The notes beneath the pieces were generated by a model. It was given only the letters and a program-made list of their open reading frames with translations. It had not been told where the DNA came from and ran no database searches. Position numbers and translations under genes: made by a program. Positions 62,846-64,000 of a stretch of 64,000 nucleotides of DNA are shown here, in pieces (positions within the stretch are counted from its first letter, which is position 1; each line of letters begins with the position of its first letter). Origin of the DNA: Eledone cirrhosa (taxonomy: Eukaryota); the NCBI GenBank assembly GCA_964016885.1, contig OZ024743.1, positions 100,688,001-100,752,000 on the forward strand, written 5' to 3'.

Positions 62846-63197
62846 CACAACGATTTTTATTCTCTAAAAAATTATGACTATTCGACGCAATCAGCAGACA
62901 TTGTTGAAGAAGCCTAATGCAACACCCCCGTTGAGATTGAAATAAGTGCCAACTTTTGACTAAAATAGTATTTTTAAAACATTTTTATCGACATTCGGTA
63001 AGTCTAGCACGAAATGAAGTGGGCAATGTGTAACGAATCACATTAAAAAGGTAAAACTACTTTCATGGCGTTCCAACGGTACAAATTCGCACGGATATAT
63101 TTCATTTTGTGGTTTATTTAACAGCGTGGAGGACAGTTTCTTATTGCCCTGGCGTCTCTGTAAGAATACCCTAGTATTTGAGTTCAGATATATGGCG

Positions 63198-64000
63198 CTA
63201 AGTCGAAACCATTCAATGTGGGTGTCGGATTCTGCCAAGGGTGCGTACTCTCACTTCTCCTGTTTATAATCTCCATGGAGAGGATTGACATTCACAACCG
63301 GTTTAGAAGTGTAGGGATTGTGGGCATAGGATCAGTAGCAGACCTGTCCACTCTCCCCGTCCGACGGAGAGATCTCCCACCCACTTTGGTGTGGGTGAGA
63401 GATGTCTTCTCTTGTGAAAATGGGTATAGCCTTCATTATGTAAAATCTACCCATTTTGCCTAATTTCTCCCTGTTTTTAGAGGTTGGCAAGTCTGCAGTC
63501 GGCTGAAATTTGCAGATGCCATTGTACTACTTAACTCGTCAGAAGGTGATTCTCGCTATGCACTTGATAGGTTTGATGCTGAGTGATGCACGGCAAGAAT
63601 GAAAATCAATGCTGCGAAGACTGAGACATTCTTCCTTTTAAGGAAGCCAGCATAGAGCACTGTACATGTCAGTGGAGTTCCACTGAAGTTGATAGTGAAG
63701 TTCAAGTATCTGGGGGCCGTGTTCACAAGTGATGGAATGCAGGAGGTTGAATTAAGGTCAAGAATTGCAGGAGTTGGTGCAGTAATGTGCCAGTTTTAGC
63801 ATTAGGTGAACAGAAGAAGGGAGGTAGGTGTAAAAGACAAATTTGCTATCTTCAATTCGGGATTCGTGGCAACCTTTTCCTAGGATCATGAATTTTGGGT
63901 AATAACCAAAAGAATTCGACCATGAATACAAGTAGCCGAAATAGAGTCCCTTCGAAGGATGTTTGGAGGAACGTTACTCGATAGAGTACGTAACTCGGAG
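63198..64000 (+). mobile_element. Degenerate RTE LINE (second family), RT C-terminal part, runs off the window end
   Basis: SKPFNVGVGFCQGCVLSLLLFIISM; MKINAAKTE; KFKYLGAVFTSDG; IQVAEIESLRRMFGGTLLDRVRNSE; multiple stops. Confidence 0.88.

Overview
Repeat-dominated eukaryotic DNA, most likely from an octopus or related cephalopod. That assignment is inferred from the SINE families, the very high (TA)n/(CA)n/(CAT)n density and the LINE spectrum, not from a database search. Bases 1 to ~16.8 kb are one giant (GTA)n-derived satellite punctuated by AATGTC, with higher-order block duplications. Its huge Thr/Leu/Ser/Val ORFs are largely compositional. The rest is a retroelement/DNA-transposon mosaic: a nearly intact 5'-truncated RTE LINE with a PHD finger inside the RT, inserted in (TA)n; Tx1/L1, CRE-like and Penelope-like remnants; many tRNA-derived SINEs with clean target-site duplications; and mariner, Tigger, piggyBac and Helitron non-autonomous elements. 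The only convincing host-gene piece is a 240-bp minus-strand exon (37284-37523) encoding a p75NTR/TNFRSF16-like transmembrane and juxtamembrane segment; a possible terminal exon lies at 31927-32126. The most striking unannotated structures are a ~450-bp near-perfect palindrome (29523-29972) carrying a type I hammerhead ribozyme motif on each strand, and a second family of short hammerhead-carrying, TA-flanked elements. No prokaryotic features or CRISPR array were found.
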